Assembly: GCA_938045315.1 (NCBI GenBank)
Contig: CALINM010000065.1
Location: 1-60,444, forward strand
Length of the DNA stretch: 60,444 bases
Source of the DNA: an uncultured bacterium
Lineage (GTDB): Bacteria > CALINM01
Direction: 5' to 3'
Shown here: positions 38,535 through 48,862 of the stretch, in pieces
How positions within the stretch are numbered: the first letter of the stretch is position 1
How the letters are laid out: every line of letters starts with the position of its first letter
The notes under the pieces: model-generated
Told to the model about the DNA's origin: nothing
What the model saw: the letters and a program-made list of their open reading frames with translations, nothing else
The model's database searches: none
Made by a program: the position numbers and the translations under genes

Positions 38535-40165
38535 TTAACACCACAACTTGAGGGGATTTTTTTGTATTTATTTTCTAAGGCTTTATAAGTATTTTCATCT
38601 GCCCTTGCAAATCCACCTTGAAGATCAAAATCTAATTTTTTTATTACCTCTTCCGGTATATTAAAAATTGCCTCTTCAATTTTCTTTTGAATATTTTTAT
38701 CAAGGTTTGAGTTTACAAAAAAAGGCCCGTAATATACCTCATCTGAGATCGCTATAGTCTTAAAACCCATTCTTTCTAACTTTTCTTTGTGAATATCTCT
38801 TATGACTCCCACGTCGATTTCATCTTTAAGAAGTGCTTTAATAATTGTATCCTCATATGAGTAGTGTTTGTATTTTTTCAATTCTGACAGATGAATGCCT
38901 GCTTTTGCAAGCATTAAACGGGGTATGAGATTTAGTTCATCACTCTTGAGCGGACCAAAACCAACTCTTTTGCCTCGTAAATCCTCAATCTTTTTAATAT
39001 CTTGTTTTTGTGTTATTAAAGCAACCTTATAAAAACTGGATCTATCCTTATTTATTGGAATGGCTAAAATATTCATAACACCGCTTTTTTCCACATTAAT
39101 AAAATCGAGCACACCTGCAAAACCTAAATCAACTTCACCATTTTTAATGAGTCTTCTTAGCTCGCTGTGATCTTTTATAATCAGTTGTACTGGCATATTA
39201 ATATTTTTTGAAATATAGTCAACAAAGGGCTGATATTTTTCAAAGAGTATTCTTGGATTCTTAGAATCGGGTATAATTAATGAAAGTTCTTTTTTGAGTT
39301 TTTTGTTATTTAAACTTTTTGACCTGTTTTCTACATATTTTGTCATATTTTTTACTGATTTGTAATCAATTTCTCTCACTTCATCGAACCTTTTGATTTT
39401 CATATTTGATAAAATATGCCGTCCCTCAATATCATTGTGCATATTTAAAATAACTTTTTTTATCTCCCTTTTTAGTTCCTTAGGAAAATCAGCCCTTACT
39501 ATTACAGGTGGACTTGCAAATTCTATGGACTGTTCAATAACTTTTACCTGAGAAACATAAGGAGAGTCAGTTTGTTTCATAAATTCGAAAATAAGATTCT
39601 CCACTGCAGCTCCATCTGCTAATTTCTTTGCTACCATTTCAATCGATTTATTATGACTATAACTAAAAGAAGTTTTGGTAAAAAAATTGTCAGGATTAGT
39701 TTTCATCAAAGATAATCTATAAAGAGGATACAGATACCCTGTGTTAGAAAGGGGATCTACAAAAACAAATGATTTCCCTTTTAAATCCTCAAACTTAGCG
39801 ACATTACTATCTTTATGAACAATAATTAAACCTCTGTATAAGGGTTTTTCATCTTTAACGGGTGCTGCAACTAACTCTATTTTTGCACTTTCTAATAGAT
39901 TTACATATGCACCAGTACAAATAAAAGCTATATCAACACCTTTATTTATAATGAGTTTATTCATCTCCTCATAGCGCTTTCTATGTACTATCTCTACCTT
40001 TTTGCCCAATTTTTTGCCAATGTATCTCACAATATCATCATAGTAACGTACCGTATCAACAGGGGTAATCATAGAGGAAATACCAACTCTTAATGAAACA
40101 TCGTTAGCTAAAGTAAGATCAATAAGAAAGGTCAGGATAAAAATGAAACTAAAAATAAATTTCAT
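38510..40165 (-). CDS. Periplasmic protein with two tandem PhnD-like (phosphonate-type) substrate-binding domains and a C-terminal CXXCH motif
   Basis: Signal peptide; two repeats of the LRVGISS.../DIAFICTGAY and LIIPDS.../DLGFAGVLDF type; ends ...SSCGVKCHPGSRI. Its 3' end overlaps the kinase start by 25 nt. Confidence 0.75.
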   Translation of the reverse strand: MKFIFSFIFILTFLIDLTLANDVSLRVGISSMITPVDTVRYYDDIVRYIGKKLGKKVEIVHRKRYEEMNKLIINKGVDIAFICTGAYVNLLESAKIELVAAPVKDEKPLYRGLIIVHKDSNVAKFEDLKGKSFVFVDPLSNTGYLYPLYRLSLMKTNPDNFFTKTSFSYSHNKSIEMVAKKLADGAAVENLIFEFMKQTDSPYVSQVKVIEQSIEFASPPVIVRADFPKELKREIKKVILNMHNDIEGRHILSNMKIKRFDEVREIDYKSVKNMTKYVENRSKSLNNKKLKKELSLIIPDSKNPRILFEKYQPFVDYISKNINMPVQLIIKDHSELRRLIKNGEVDLGFAGVLDFINVEKSGVMNILAIPINKDRSSFYKVALITQKQDIKKIEDLRGKRVGFGPLKSDELNLIPRLMLAKAGIHLSELKKYKHYSYEDTIIKALLKDEIDVGVIRDIHKEKLERMGFKTIAISDEVYYGPFFVNSNLDKNIQKKIEEAIFNIPEEVIKKLDFDLQGGFARADENTYKALENKYKKIPSSCGVKCHPGSRI

Positions 40166-40205
40166 ATTTTGACGTTACTTAAACATCCCTTTAATTTTTT
40201 TAACT

Positions 40206-40234
40206 ATTACAATGAAATTTTAACAGATTTACAA
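40206..40234 (-). promoter_or_regulatory. Possible sigma-70 promoter of the binding-protein/kinase/regulator operon
   Basis: Minus strand reads TTGTAA-N17-TGTAAT, about 40 nt upstream of the ATG at 40165. The AT-rich context makes this weak. Confidence 0.3.
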
Positions 40235-40287
40235 TAATTTTTAAATAAGTACAATGAGAATACAAATACTATACCTTTTAACTAAAT

Positions 40288-40830
40288 CTATAAACCCAGT
40301 TCATTAGATATTTCTTGCATTGCCTCAAGGGAAATTTGCAAAAATTTTTCCAAATCAAGCCCCAGATCAGCACAAGCCTCCATTTGGGTTCTTGATGCAC
40401 CCTTAGCAAAATGTTTTTCTTTGAATCTATTCATTAGATTTTCAACTTTCAGATCGACAATTTTCTTATTGGGTAACACCAACGTTGCAGCTACAATAAA
40501 TCCCGATACTGGATCTGCACAATAAATTGCCTTTTCTAATTTTGAATTTCTCTCAATAAGACCAGTATGAGCTCTTATTGCTCTTATTATTTCATCATCT
40601 ACCTTCCCTTTTAATATTTGCTCTGTTATCAATCCATGTTTATCGAACTCTTTTACAGTCTCCTCATAATCAAGGTCGTGAAGCAGACCTACTAAACCCC
40701 ATTTTTCTTCATCTTCATTAAAATATTTAGCAAGCTTTCTCATTATCACCTCAACAGCAAGCATGTGTTTGATTAAATTTTTATTGCTAATCTTCTCATT
40801 TAAGATTTTAAATGCCTCTTCTCTATTCAT
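40288..40830 (-). CDS. HD-domain metal-dependent phosphohydrolase
   Basis: KHMLAVE ... LLHDLDYE HD signature; 180 aa. Confidence 0.7.
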   Translation of the reverse strand: MNREEAFKILNEKISNKNLIKHMLAVEVIMRKLAKYFNEDEEKWGLVGLLHDLDYEETVKEFDKHGLITEQILKGKVDDEIIRAIRAHTGLIERNSKLEKAIYCADPVSGFIVAATLVLPNKKIVDLKVENLMNRFKEKHFAKGASRTQMEACADLGLDLEKFLQISLEAMQEISNELGL

Positions 40831-40855
40831 AATTATCTCCTTTTTTAAACACTCG

Positions 40856-41887
40856 TTAATCTAAAATCTTTTCAATAATTTCATACCTTGTATTCCTTAC
40901 TGCGGGAATAAACCCAGCCTCTTTAATTAGCTCTACAATCTCGTTTTTATCCATAATAAATTTTAAACCCGTTGAGGATACCACATTCTCTTCTAACATG
41001 GTTCCCCCCATATCATTAGCCCCAAAAAAAAGAGCCAATTGTGAAACCTTAGGCCCCTGAGTTACCCATGATGCCTGTATATTCTCGATGTTATGAAGAA
41101 AAATCCGTGAAACTGCTAAAACCCTTAAGTAATAATATGATGAAACCTTCTTACCACCCAATTCATTGTTTCCCGGCTGGTATGTCCAGGGTATAAAGGC
41201 TCTGAAAAAGCCTGTTTCATCTTGAAAATTTCTTATTCTCTCTAAATGTTTTATTATATCTTCTGGCCCTTCAATACTACCAAACATCATAGTTGCCGTG
41301 CCTTTCATACCTAATTTACTTGCTTCTCTCATAACAAATTCCCAGTCTTTCCATCCAATTTTGTTTGGGCTAATCTCTTTTCTTATTTCATCTACTAAAA
41401 TCTCAGCACCTCCACCGGGGATTGATTCAAGCCCCGCATCTTTCAATATCCTTAATGTATCAGCTATTGTTTTATTAGATTTTTTCGCAATATGAATAAC
41501 CTCAGCTGGAGAGAGAGAATGAATGATTATATGGGGAAAATGTTTTTTTATCTCTTTAAAGAGTTTAACAAAGTAATCAATTTTTATGTTTGGGTGAAGC
41601 CCCCCTTGAATAAGAAGTTGAGTACCTCCCACATCACTAAGTTCTTTAACCTTTTTTAGAACATCTTGAACATTCAGCAGGTAAGCATCTTTATCACCTT
41701 CTCTTCTATAAAAGGCACAAAATTTACATCCACTTTCGCAAACATTTGTATAGTTTATGTTCCTATCAACTACAAAAGTCACAATAGGTTCTGGATGAAG
41801 TCTAAAACGTAATTCAGTTGCACTTTTGCCAAGCTTCAAAAAATCTTCATTAGTAAGCAAATCTAATGCTTCTCTATAGGTTATCAT
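40856..41887 (-). CDS. Radical SAM enzyme of the futalosine menaquinone pathway (MqnC/MqnE family; size favours MqnC)
   Basis: DRNINYTNVCESGCKFCAFYR cluster motif; GGTQLLIQGGLHP; 343 aa. Confidence 0.7.
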   Translation of the reverse strand: MITYREALDLLTNEDFLKLGKSATELRFRLHPEPIVTFVVDRNINYTNVCESGCKFCAFYRREGDKDAYLLNVQDVLKKVKELSDVGGTQLLIQGGLHPNIKIDYFVKLFKEIKKHFPHIIIHSLSPAEVIHIAKKSNKTIADTLRILKDAGLESIPGGGAEILVDEIRKEISPNKIGWKDWEFVMREASKLGMKGTATMMFGSIEGPEDIIKHLERIRNFQDETGFFRAFIPWTYQPGNNELGGKKVSSYYYLRVLAVSRIFLHNIENIQASWVTQGPKVSQLALFFGANDMGGTMLEENVVSSTGLKFIMDKNEIVELIKEAGFIPAVRNTRYEIIEKILD

Positions 41888-42831
41888 TACTTTATATTTA
41901 GTATCTTTCCTATTTTTTCAGCATTATCTAATATTTTTTCTGTCTGTCTTATACCATTAGTGATCACGAAAAAATCTTCAGCCATAAAGCCTTCAATCTG
42001 CCTTTTCTCAATAATATCTTGAGCACTTTCAACAAAACAATAATATTCATCTCTCCCTTTTAAGACTGCTTGTTTCGGGATTTTAAAAATATTGTGAAGT
42101 ATGTTTACTATTTGAATCTCCATATTTTCTAACTTATCACCCGGATCAAACCCTTTGAGTGACAGTGTTACTTTTATCCCATTACCAACTTGATCTGATG
42201 ATACAATACTTAATGGTAAAGACCTTTCTCCTAACAATGCAAAATAGTAAGTTTCATCAGACAAAGCTTCTTTGGGTAAGAGGAGGTTAAAAATTAATTC
42301 CCCCTTTTTTTGTATAATTGCGATTATATTTTGCATGCTAAGATTTTCTCCCTTTTTCTCTCCCGCTACGTAAACAACCGTTCCATCATCTGGTGAAACT
42401 ATCAAAATATCCTTTGATGGCTCTTTGTCTAAATTAATACCAAGGGATAATAATTTTACCTTGAGTTCTTCATCATTAGTTTTTACATAATTTCTATATG
42501 CCTCAATAAGCTCTTCGCTTTCAATCAAAAAAAGCTTTTCTCCCCTTTTCACATACCTCCCCTTTGACACATAACTTTCAACAATTTTATAAGAAAAGGG
42601 AAAACTAACAGTAACAAAAACTTCTTTCAGATTTGGAGCTTGCATAATCTTTGTTCTTTTCTCATAATTCTCAAAGGTGGCTATTATCCTGCCTGATTTT
42701 TTAATTTCAGGTATCTGGGATATATTGTAAACTTCACTCTGTCTACTTTTTTGAATCTCCACTTTTTTTTGTTTTTTACAAGAAAAGAGGCATACTAAAA
42801 AGATCATTATAAAATAAATAGATTTTTTCAT
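41887..42831 (-). CDS. Lipoprotein with membrane-fusion-protein (HlyD/biotinyl-lipoyl-like) features, function unknown
   Basis: Lipobox LFSC; YVSKGRYVKRGEKLFLIESEEL lipoyl-like hairpin motif. The stop overlaps the mqnC-like start. No pump genes are adjacent. Confidence 0.4.
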   Translation of the reverse strand: MKKSIYFIMIFLVCLFSCKKQKKVEIQKSRQSEVYNISQIPEIKKSGRIIATFENYEKRTKIMQAPNLKEVFVTVSFPFSYKIVESYVSKGRYVKRGEKLFLIESEELIEAYRNYVKTNDEELKVKLLSLGINLDKEPSKDILIVSPDDGTVVYVAGEKKGENLSMQNIIAIIQKKGELIFNLLLPKEALSDETYYFALLGERSLPLSIVSSDQVGNGIKVTLSLKGFDPGDKLENMEIQIVNILHNIFKIPKQAVLKGRDEYYCFVESAQDIIEKRQIEGFMAEDFFVITNGIRQTEKILDNAEKIGKILNIK

Positions 42832-42875
42832 AACATTCTATTTAAATTTGAAAAATTCCCTATGTCAATGCTTTT

Positions 42876-43157
42876 CTAAAAAATTATTAAAGATGATATA
42901 TTATCGAAGGTTTTTTTGCCCACAATATTTATCAATTCTTCTTTCCTAATCAAATTTTTCTTATTCCTATAATCAATTATTTTCTCTGCCTTTTTTTCGC
43001 CTATACCCTTTAATTTTACCAGTTCCTCTTTTGAAGCGGTATAAATATTTATCTTTTTCTTAATAAACTTAATGTCACTTTTTTTTGACTTCGGGTAGCT
43101 CTCATAGAATACATAAATTGTGATAAGTAACAAAAAAACAAGAATTTCCCTTCTCAA
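42876..43157 (-). CDS. comEA: ComEA-family helix-hairpin-helix DNA-binding protein
   Basis: N-terminal TM helix; INIYTASKEELVKLKGIGEKKAEKIIDYR HhH motif. Confidence 0.8.
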   Translation of the reverse strand: MRREILVFLLLITIYVFYESYPKSKKSDIKFIKKKINIYTASKEELVKLKGIGEKKAEKIIDYRNKKNLIRKEELINIVGKKTFDNISSLIIF

Positions 43158-44744
43158 CTAAGTTCTTCGCCTTTTTTTATGTTCCTTGTAAAGCTTATAT
43201 TCAATACTGTCTACAAGAGCCTGGTAGCTCGCCTCTATAATGTTTTGAGAAACTCCTACTGTCCCCCATTTTTCTTCTCTATCTCCAGACTCTATCAGTA
43301 CTCTAACTCCAGCACCAGTCCCTTTATCAGAACCAAGCACTCTTACCTTATAATCATAAAGCTTTACCTCTTTTAATTCTGGATAAAATCTTTCTAATGC
43401 CTTTCTTAAAGCGTTATCAAGAGCATTTACAGGGCCATTTCCAACAGCTGCCGTATGCTCGATGCTCCCACCAACTTTTATCATTACCGTTGCTTCAGCA
43501 ATTGGCATTTCTCCTTCTTTTCTTTTTTCGTCGATGACCCTGAATCCCATCAATTCAAAGTATTTTCTTCTTTGTCCCATAATTTCAGCCATCAGCAACT
43601 CAAAGGAAGCCTCAGCTCCTTCAAATTGATAACCCTGCATTTCCAGCTCTTTTATTTTATTCAAAATTTCTTTTGCCACAGGATCTTTCGTATCAATATC
43701 AATATTAAACTCCTTAGCTTTGAAATATATGCTACTTTTACCGGATAAATCGGAAACTAAAATTCTTCTATGATTGCCCACTAATTCTGGCTGGATATGT
43801 TCATAAGTACCGGGATTTCTATTTATAGCACTTACATGAATACCACCCTTATGGGCAAAAGCACTATCCCCTACAAAGGGCTGATTTTTAGCTGGTGTAA
43901 GATTTGCTAACTCAAAAATAAATCTTGAAACATTCCTTAATTTTTTTAAGTTATCTTCACTCAAGACTTTTTTACCCATTTTTAACTGTAAATTGGGGAT
44001 TATAGAACAAAGATTGGCATTCCCACATCTTTCACCAAAACCATTAAATGTACCCTGGACCTGTATTGCACCATTTTCTACAGCAACTAGAGAATTAGCA
44101 ACAGCAAGTTCACTATCATTATGGGCATGAATACCAAAGGGTATAGAAAATCTCTTTTTAAAATCCTTTATAATCTTTGCTATAGTTGATGGAATATTTC
44201 CTCCATTTGTATCGCAAAGGCATACAATTTCAGCACCACCATTAATAGAGGCCTCAATAGTTTTTAATGCATATTCTTGATTTGCTTTATATCCGTCAAA
44301 AAAATGTTCTGCATCGTATATAACCTTTCTACCAGCTTTAACGAGATATTTTATCGTACTCTCAATAATTTTTAAATTTTCATCGAGGGTTGTTCTTAAA
44401 GCCTCTTTAACATGAAAATCCCAGGTTTTACCAACTATAGTAACCCATTCTGTATTTGCTTTAAGAAGAAACTTAACATTTTCATCTTTTGCAGGTTCTA
44501 TCCCCGGTCTTGTTGTACTTCCAAAAGCCGATATCTTTGCATTACTAAAACGATAATTGGTAATTTCTTTGAAAAAATGCATATCCTTTGGGTTGGAACC
44601 TGGCCATCCACCTTCTATGAAATCTATCCCAATTTCATCTAATTTTACAGCTATTCTTAATTTATCTTCCAGGGTAAAGGAAATATCCTCCCCCTGTGAC
44701 CCATCTCTTAAAGTTGTATCATATATAATAATTTTTTCAGCCAT
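43158..44744 (-). CDS. cimA: (R)-citramalate synthase (LeuA/CimA family, long form)
   Basis: [17 protein letters not shown]; HAHND; GGIH; C-terminal LeuA-dimer regulatory domain; 528 aa. Confidence 0.8.
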   Translation of the reverse strand: MAEKIIIYDTTLRDGSQGEDISFTLEDKLRIAVKLDEIGIDFIEGGWPGSNPKDMHFFKEITNYRFSNAKISAFGSTTRPGIEPAKDENVKFLLKANTEWVTIVGKTWDFHVKEALRTTLDENLKIIESTIKYLVKAGRKVIYDAEHFFDGYKANQEYALKTIEASINGGAEIVCLCDTNGGNIPSTIAKIIKDFKKRFSIPFGIHAHNDSELAVANSLVAVENGAIQVQGTFNGFGERCGNANLCSIIPNLQLKMGKKVLSEDNLKKLRNVSRFIFELANLTPAKNQPFVGDSAFAHKGGIHVSAINRNPGTYEHIQPELVGNHRRILVSDLSGKSSIYFKAKEFNIDIDTKDPVAKEILNKIKELEMQGYQFEGAEASFELLMAEIMGQRRKYFELMGFRVIDEKRKEGEMPIAEATVMIKVGGSIEHTAAVGNGPVNALDNALRKALERFYPELKEVKLYDYKVRVLGSDKGTGAGVRVLIESGDREEKWGTVGVSQNIIEASYQALVDSIEYKLYKEHKKRRRT

Positions 44745-44746
44745 TT

Positions 44747-45976
44747 TTACCCTTCTACATTCTCTTTATCTAATTCAAATGCATCATGAAGTAATCTTAC
44801 CGCAAGTTCCGTATATTTTTCATCAATAGCACAGGAAATTTTAATTTCCGAGGTGCTTATCATAAGTATATTTATACCAGCATTTCCTAAAACTTCAAAC
44901 ATTTTTGCTGCAACACCTGAATGGGATCTCATTCCTAATCCTACAATTGATACCTTTGCTATCCCTTCATCATATAAAACATCTTTCGCACCAATTTCAT
45001 CAGAGATTGCTTTTACTAAATTTAAAGTTTTTTTCAAATCGCTCTTAGGTACTGTGAATGTTAAATCCGTTGTACCATCAATACTCGAGTTCTGAATTAT
45101 CATATCCACAACAATATTACCAGCCGATATGGCACCAAAAAGTTTTGCTGCCACACCTGGCTTATCTGGCACCCTAACAAGGGTAATTCTTGCCTCATCT
45201 TTGTTGCATGAAACTCCAGAAACAACAACTTTTTCCATATCTGAATCCTCCTCGCAAACTATTGTCCCTGGCTCATCAGAAAATGATGAGCGCACATGCA
45301 CAGGAACTTTATATTTTTTTGCCAGTTCAACAGACCGGATTTGAAGAACCTTTGAACCCAAGCTTGCTAACTCTAACATTTCATCATAGGAAATTTTCTT
45401 TAATTTTCTGGCTTTGTTGTAAATTCTTGGATCCGTTGTATATATCCCATCTACATCAGTATAAATATCACACACATCAGCCTTAAAAGCTGCAGCAAGG
45501 GCAACACCCGTTGTATCAGATCCCCCTCTACCAAGGGTTGTTATATTGCCATATTCATCCACCCCTTGAAACCCGGCAACAACTATTATATAACCATTAT
45601 CTAAATCCCTTTTTATTTTGTCTGTTTCAATATTTATTATTCTTGCTTTAGTAAATGCACTGTCAGTCAATATTTTAATCTGATGACCAAGATAAGATTT
45701 TGCTTTATAACCCATTTTTATAAGTGTTATAGCAAGTAAAGCAACACTAACCTGCTCTCCAGTGGAAACAAGAACATCAAGTTCCCTTTCATCAGGCAAA
45801 TCGGTTATTTCTTTAGCAAGAGCAATTAATCTATTCGTCTCTCCGGCCATTGCAGAAACGGTGACAATAACTTGATTACCCTTCTCATATTCTTTAATAA
45901 CCCTTTTCGCTACATTTTTTATTCTTTCAATACTTCCAACAGAAGTACCACCAAATTTCTGAACAACCAAAGCCAT
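44747..45976 (-). CDS. lysC: Aspartate kinase with tandem ACT domains
   Basis: [11 protein letters not shown]; GRGGSDTT; two ACT repeats. A GGAGGG SD precedes the ATG at 45976, so the track start at 45994 is likely too long. Confidence 0.95.
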   Translation of the reverse strand: MALVVQKFGGTSVGSIERIKNVAKRVIKEYEKGNQVIVTVSAMAGETNRLIALAKEITDLPDERELDVLVSTGEQVSVALLAITLIKMGYKAKSYLGHQIKILTDSAFTKARIINIETDKIKRDLDNGYIIVVAGFQGVDEYGNITTLGRGGSDTTGVALAAAFKADVCDIYTDVDGIYTTDPRIYNKARKLKKISYDEMLELASLGSKVLQIRSVELAKKYKVPVHVRSSFSDEPGTIVCEEDSDMEKVVVSGVSCNKDEARITLVRVPDKPGVAAKLFGAISAGNIVVDMIIQNSSIDGTTDLTFTVPKSDLKKTLNLVKAISDEIGAKDVLYDEGIAKVSIVGLGMRSHSGVAAKMFEVLGNAGINILMISTSEIKISCAIDEKYTELAVRLLHDAFELDKENVEG

Positions 45977-46111
45977 TTTACCCTCCAGAAACAAAATACA
46001 ATTTTAAACTTTTTTATTGTTAATTAAAAGTTAAATAAAAGGCAAGAAAAAAGTTTGGCACATAACGTTTTTATGTTATATTTTTACATTAATTTTTAGA
46101 GAGGTTAAAAA

Positions 46112-46711
46112 ATGAAAAAGGCTTATTTTGTAATATTAGCATTATTATTTTTTCTTCCAAAACTGACCTTTGCAGATGCAACACCAACCCAAGAAGCTTT
46201 AAAGGCATTAAAAGAATACAATGATACACTAAAAAAACCAGTTAAAGAAAAAACAATTTCAACTTTGACAAAACAAAAAATTAAAGAAACTCATGAGCAA
46301 TCTATAAAATCAACAGCCAAAGAACCTAGCGATATAGAGATGATAAAAGATAAAAAGGTTAAGCAACTTCAACCAAAAAGTGAAATAGAGAATTTAATTG
46401 AAGCAGGGAGATATTCAGAAGTAATTAAATTTTTGATACCTTTAATAAAAAAGGAACCTAATAATTTTGAATTACGTTATAAACTGGCATTAGCGTATTT
46501 TGAATACGGGCTAAACAATAAAGCTGTGGAAGAATTTAAAATGTCAAGTATATTTTCCCCTAAAAACCCGGATATACATTTTAGATGGGGTAAAATTTAT
46601 GTATTACAGGGAGACAAAAATAGCGCGATAGAAGAATATAGACAATTGAAAGATATAAATCCAGAAATGGCAAAAAATTTTTTTGAAATAAATTTCCCTG
46701 AGGGTAAATGA
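46112..46711 (+). CDS. Secreted tetratricopeptide-repeat protein
   Basis: Signal peptide; TPR-like repeats (YKLALAYFEYGLNNKAVEEFK...). Confidence 0.55.
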   Translation: MKKAYFVILALLFFLPKLTFADATPTQEALKALKEYNDTLKKPVKEKTISTLTKQKIKETHEQSIKSTAKEPSDIEMIKDKKVKQLQPKSEIENLIEAGRYSEVIKFLIPLIKKEPNNFELRYKLALAYFEYGLNNKAVEEFKMSSIFSPKNPDIHFRWGKIYVLQGDKNSAIEEYRQLKDINPEMAKNFFEINFPEGK

Positions 46712-47913
46712 CCTTAAAGAAATGTTTATTTTCAATTATTTTATTAGTTTTATTTAAATTAGGTTATGCAAAAGACCCTCTTAATGAGGGTTTTTTGTTA
46801 TTGGAAAAGGGCGAATACAATAAAGCATTTTCTGCATTATCAAGCATAAAAACCAAAACTCCTCAAGTTTTAACAGCAAAGGGGATATCAAAATATTTTT
46901 TGAAAGATTATAGGGGAAGCATTTTTTACCTTGAGGAAGCTCTTAAATTTGAATCGGAAAAGAAAAATTGGGTACCAAACTTTTTCGCAGGACTTTCAAG
47001 CTATGAATTAAAAAACCTATCAGAGGCTACATATTATTTTAGAAATGCTTACAATTTAAAACCATCTAAAGATACCTCTTTATGGTTAGGAAGGACCCTT
47101 TTTGAGCAAGGAGAATATTCAGAAGGGGAAAAAATTTTACTTGAAGCCCTCAAAGAAGATAAAAAAAATGAAGAAATTTATGAAATACTCTTAAACTTAT
47201 ATTACAAATTAGGAAACATTGAAAAAGTTAAAGAAACAATCTCTTTAGGAAGAAGGGAAAATCTCAATAACCCAATTTTTAAACTCTACGAAGCAAAAGT
47301 TTACATGAAAAAAGGAGATATGGAAAAAGTTAAAGAAATTATTGATACCATGCCTAAGGATAAATATGCAGAAGAGATTGAAAGTTTAATATCATCTTTG
47401 CCCGTTTTTGAAAAAAAAGGGAAATCAAAGGATTTTACAAAATTGATAAATAATAAAGTTGATTACAAAAAATCAATAATCTACTTAGTAGTAATTGGCA
47501 TTTTATCTTTATGGATAATAGGATTGTTTTACAGTAGCAGGAAAAAAGACTGGGATCAAAAGTTAAATTTTGCTTTAGAACTACTTAAGAAAAAAGACTA
47601 TAATGGCTGTGAAGAAATTATTAATTCTATCGGACAAACCAATTATGAAAAATTTAAGATACTGAAAATCAAACTATTAACACTTAAAGGTAATTTTCTT
47701 GAAGCCCTTGATTTATGTGAAGAGCTAAAGAGCATGAAAACTAAAGTAACTCTAAAAGCTTATATATATCTGATAAGCAATGATTTAACAAGTTTCAAAA
47801 AATTAATAGACTATATTGAATTAACTGATATGAAAAACATAGCTTTAGAGTTAAAAAAATTAGAATATCACGATACTAATACATTAAATGAATTTTTAAT
47901 CAATTTTGAATGA
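46708..47913 (+). CDS. TPR protein with signal peptide and a central transmembrane helix
   Basis: TPR repeats on both sides of the hydrophobic segment IIYLVVIGILSLWIIGLFY; start overlaps the upstream TPR gene by 4 nt. Confidence 0.55.
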   Translation: MTLKKCLFSIILLVLFKLGYAKDPLNEGFLLLEKGEYNKAFSALSSIKTKTPQVLTAKGISKYFLKDYRGSIFYLEEALKFESEKKNWVPNFFAGLSSYELKNLSEATYYFRNAYNLKPSKDTSLWLGRTLFEQGEYSEGEKILLEALKEDKKNEEIYEILLNLYYKLGNIEKVKETISLGRRENLNNPIFKLYEAKVYMKKGDMEKVKEIIDTMPKDKYAEEIESLISSLPVFEKKGKSKDFTKLINNKVDYKKSIIYLVVIGILSLWIIGLFYSSRKKDWDQKLNFALELLKKKDYNGCEEIINSIGQTNYEKFKILKIKLLTLKGNFLEALDLCEELKSMKTKVTLKAYIYLISNDLTSFKKLIDYIELTDMKNIALELKKLEYHDTNTLNEFLINFE

Positions 47914-47928
47914 CACTTATACTAAACA

Positions 47929-48411
47929 TTAATCCAATAAATATTTCAGTTTTTTATTGTTTGCACTAATAACGAACTCTCTTATATTCTCGGAAATTAT
48001 ATTTATTGTAACCCATAATACATTATCTGAAATTAAATACTCTCTAATTTTCTCGGCCCATTCAATTACAATTACACTGTCACTGTTAAGATAATCATAC
48101 CAGCCTATATCTTCAATCTCACTAAAATCAGATAACCTGTATAAATCGAAATGAAATAAAGGTAATCTACCTGAAGTATAAGACTGGCAAATTAAAAATG
48201 TTGGGCTATTAATAACTCTATCTTCTATATTAAGCCCCTTCCCTATACCTTTAACAAAACATGTTTTTCCAGCCCCCAAATCACCACATAGGGCAACTAT
48301 CTCCCCACCTTTACAATTCTTTCCTATCCTGTACCCCAGCTCTATAGTTTCTTTATCACATGAAGTTTTTATGGTTATAAGGGTGACTAATTCTTCACTT
48401 TTTACTTTCAT
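47929..48411 (-). CDS. tsaE: tRNA t6A37 biosynthesis ATPase TsaE
   Basis: GDLGAGKTCFVKG P-loop; SPTF; HFDLYRL motifs. Confidence 0.9.
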   Translation of the reverse strand: MKVKSEELVTLITIKTSCDKETIELGYRIGKNCKGGEIVALCGDLGAGKTCFVKGIGKGLNIEDRVINSPTFLICQSYTSGRLPLFHFDLYRLSDFSEIEDIGWYDYLNSDSVIVIEWAEKIREYLISDNVLWVTINIISENIREFVISANNKKLKYLLD

Positions 48412-48862
48412 ATTCTCTTATTAATGCCTTGAGTAAACTTTCTTTTGTTACAACGCCTACAGGAATATCATTTTCCAAAACAGGAAGATGGTGTACTTTT
48501 TTTTCTACCATAAGAGTAGCAGCGTCATTAACCAATGTGTCTGGTTTAACTGTAATTAAATCTTCAGAAGTCATTATTTCAGCTACTTTAGATGCAGAGA
48601 TTTTTCTTACTTCTTCATCTAATCTAGATAAATTTTCAAGAATTATAAATGAATCCATAAAAGTAAAAAAAGTGGGTATATGAATATTTTTTTCTTGAAA
48701 GATTAAATCCGTTTCTGTAACAATCCCCCTCAGTTTGCCTTCATCGTCAGTAATTAATGCGTAGTCTTTACCTTTTTCAAGAAATATCTTAGCAATTTCA
48801 GATACATTAAGTTCCGGCGAAACTGTTAAAAAATCTCTCTCCATAAAATCTTTAACAACCAT
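48395..48862 (-). CDS. CBS-domain pair protein
   Basis: Two CBS repeats (...GIVTETDL..., ...HHLPVLEND..PVGVVTKESL). Confidence 0.8.
   Translation of the reverse strand: MVVKDFMERDFLTVSPELNVSEIAKIFLEKGKDYALITDDEGKLRGIVTETDLIFQEKNIHIPTFFTFMDSFIILENLSRLDEEVRKISASKVAEIMTSEDLITVKPDTLVNDAATLMVEKKVHHLPVLENDIPVGVVTKESLLKALIREYESKK

Noticed and set aside
46061-46082. TGGCAC motif upstream of the TPR gene as a third sigma-54 promoter
   Set aside because: The -24 half matches (TTGGCAC), but the position 10 nt after GG reads TT rather than the essential GC of the -12 element.
45977-46111. Lysine riboswitch (L-box) in the lysC leader
   Set aside because: The leader is only about 135 nt, extremely AT-rich, and lacks the conserved GC-rich helices and the AGAGG core expected of an L-box.
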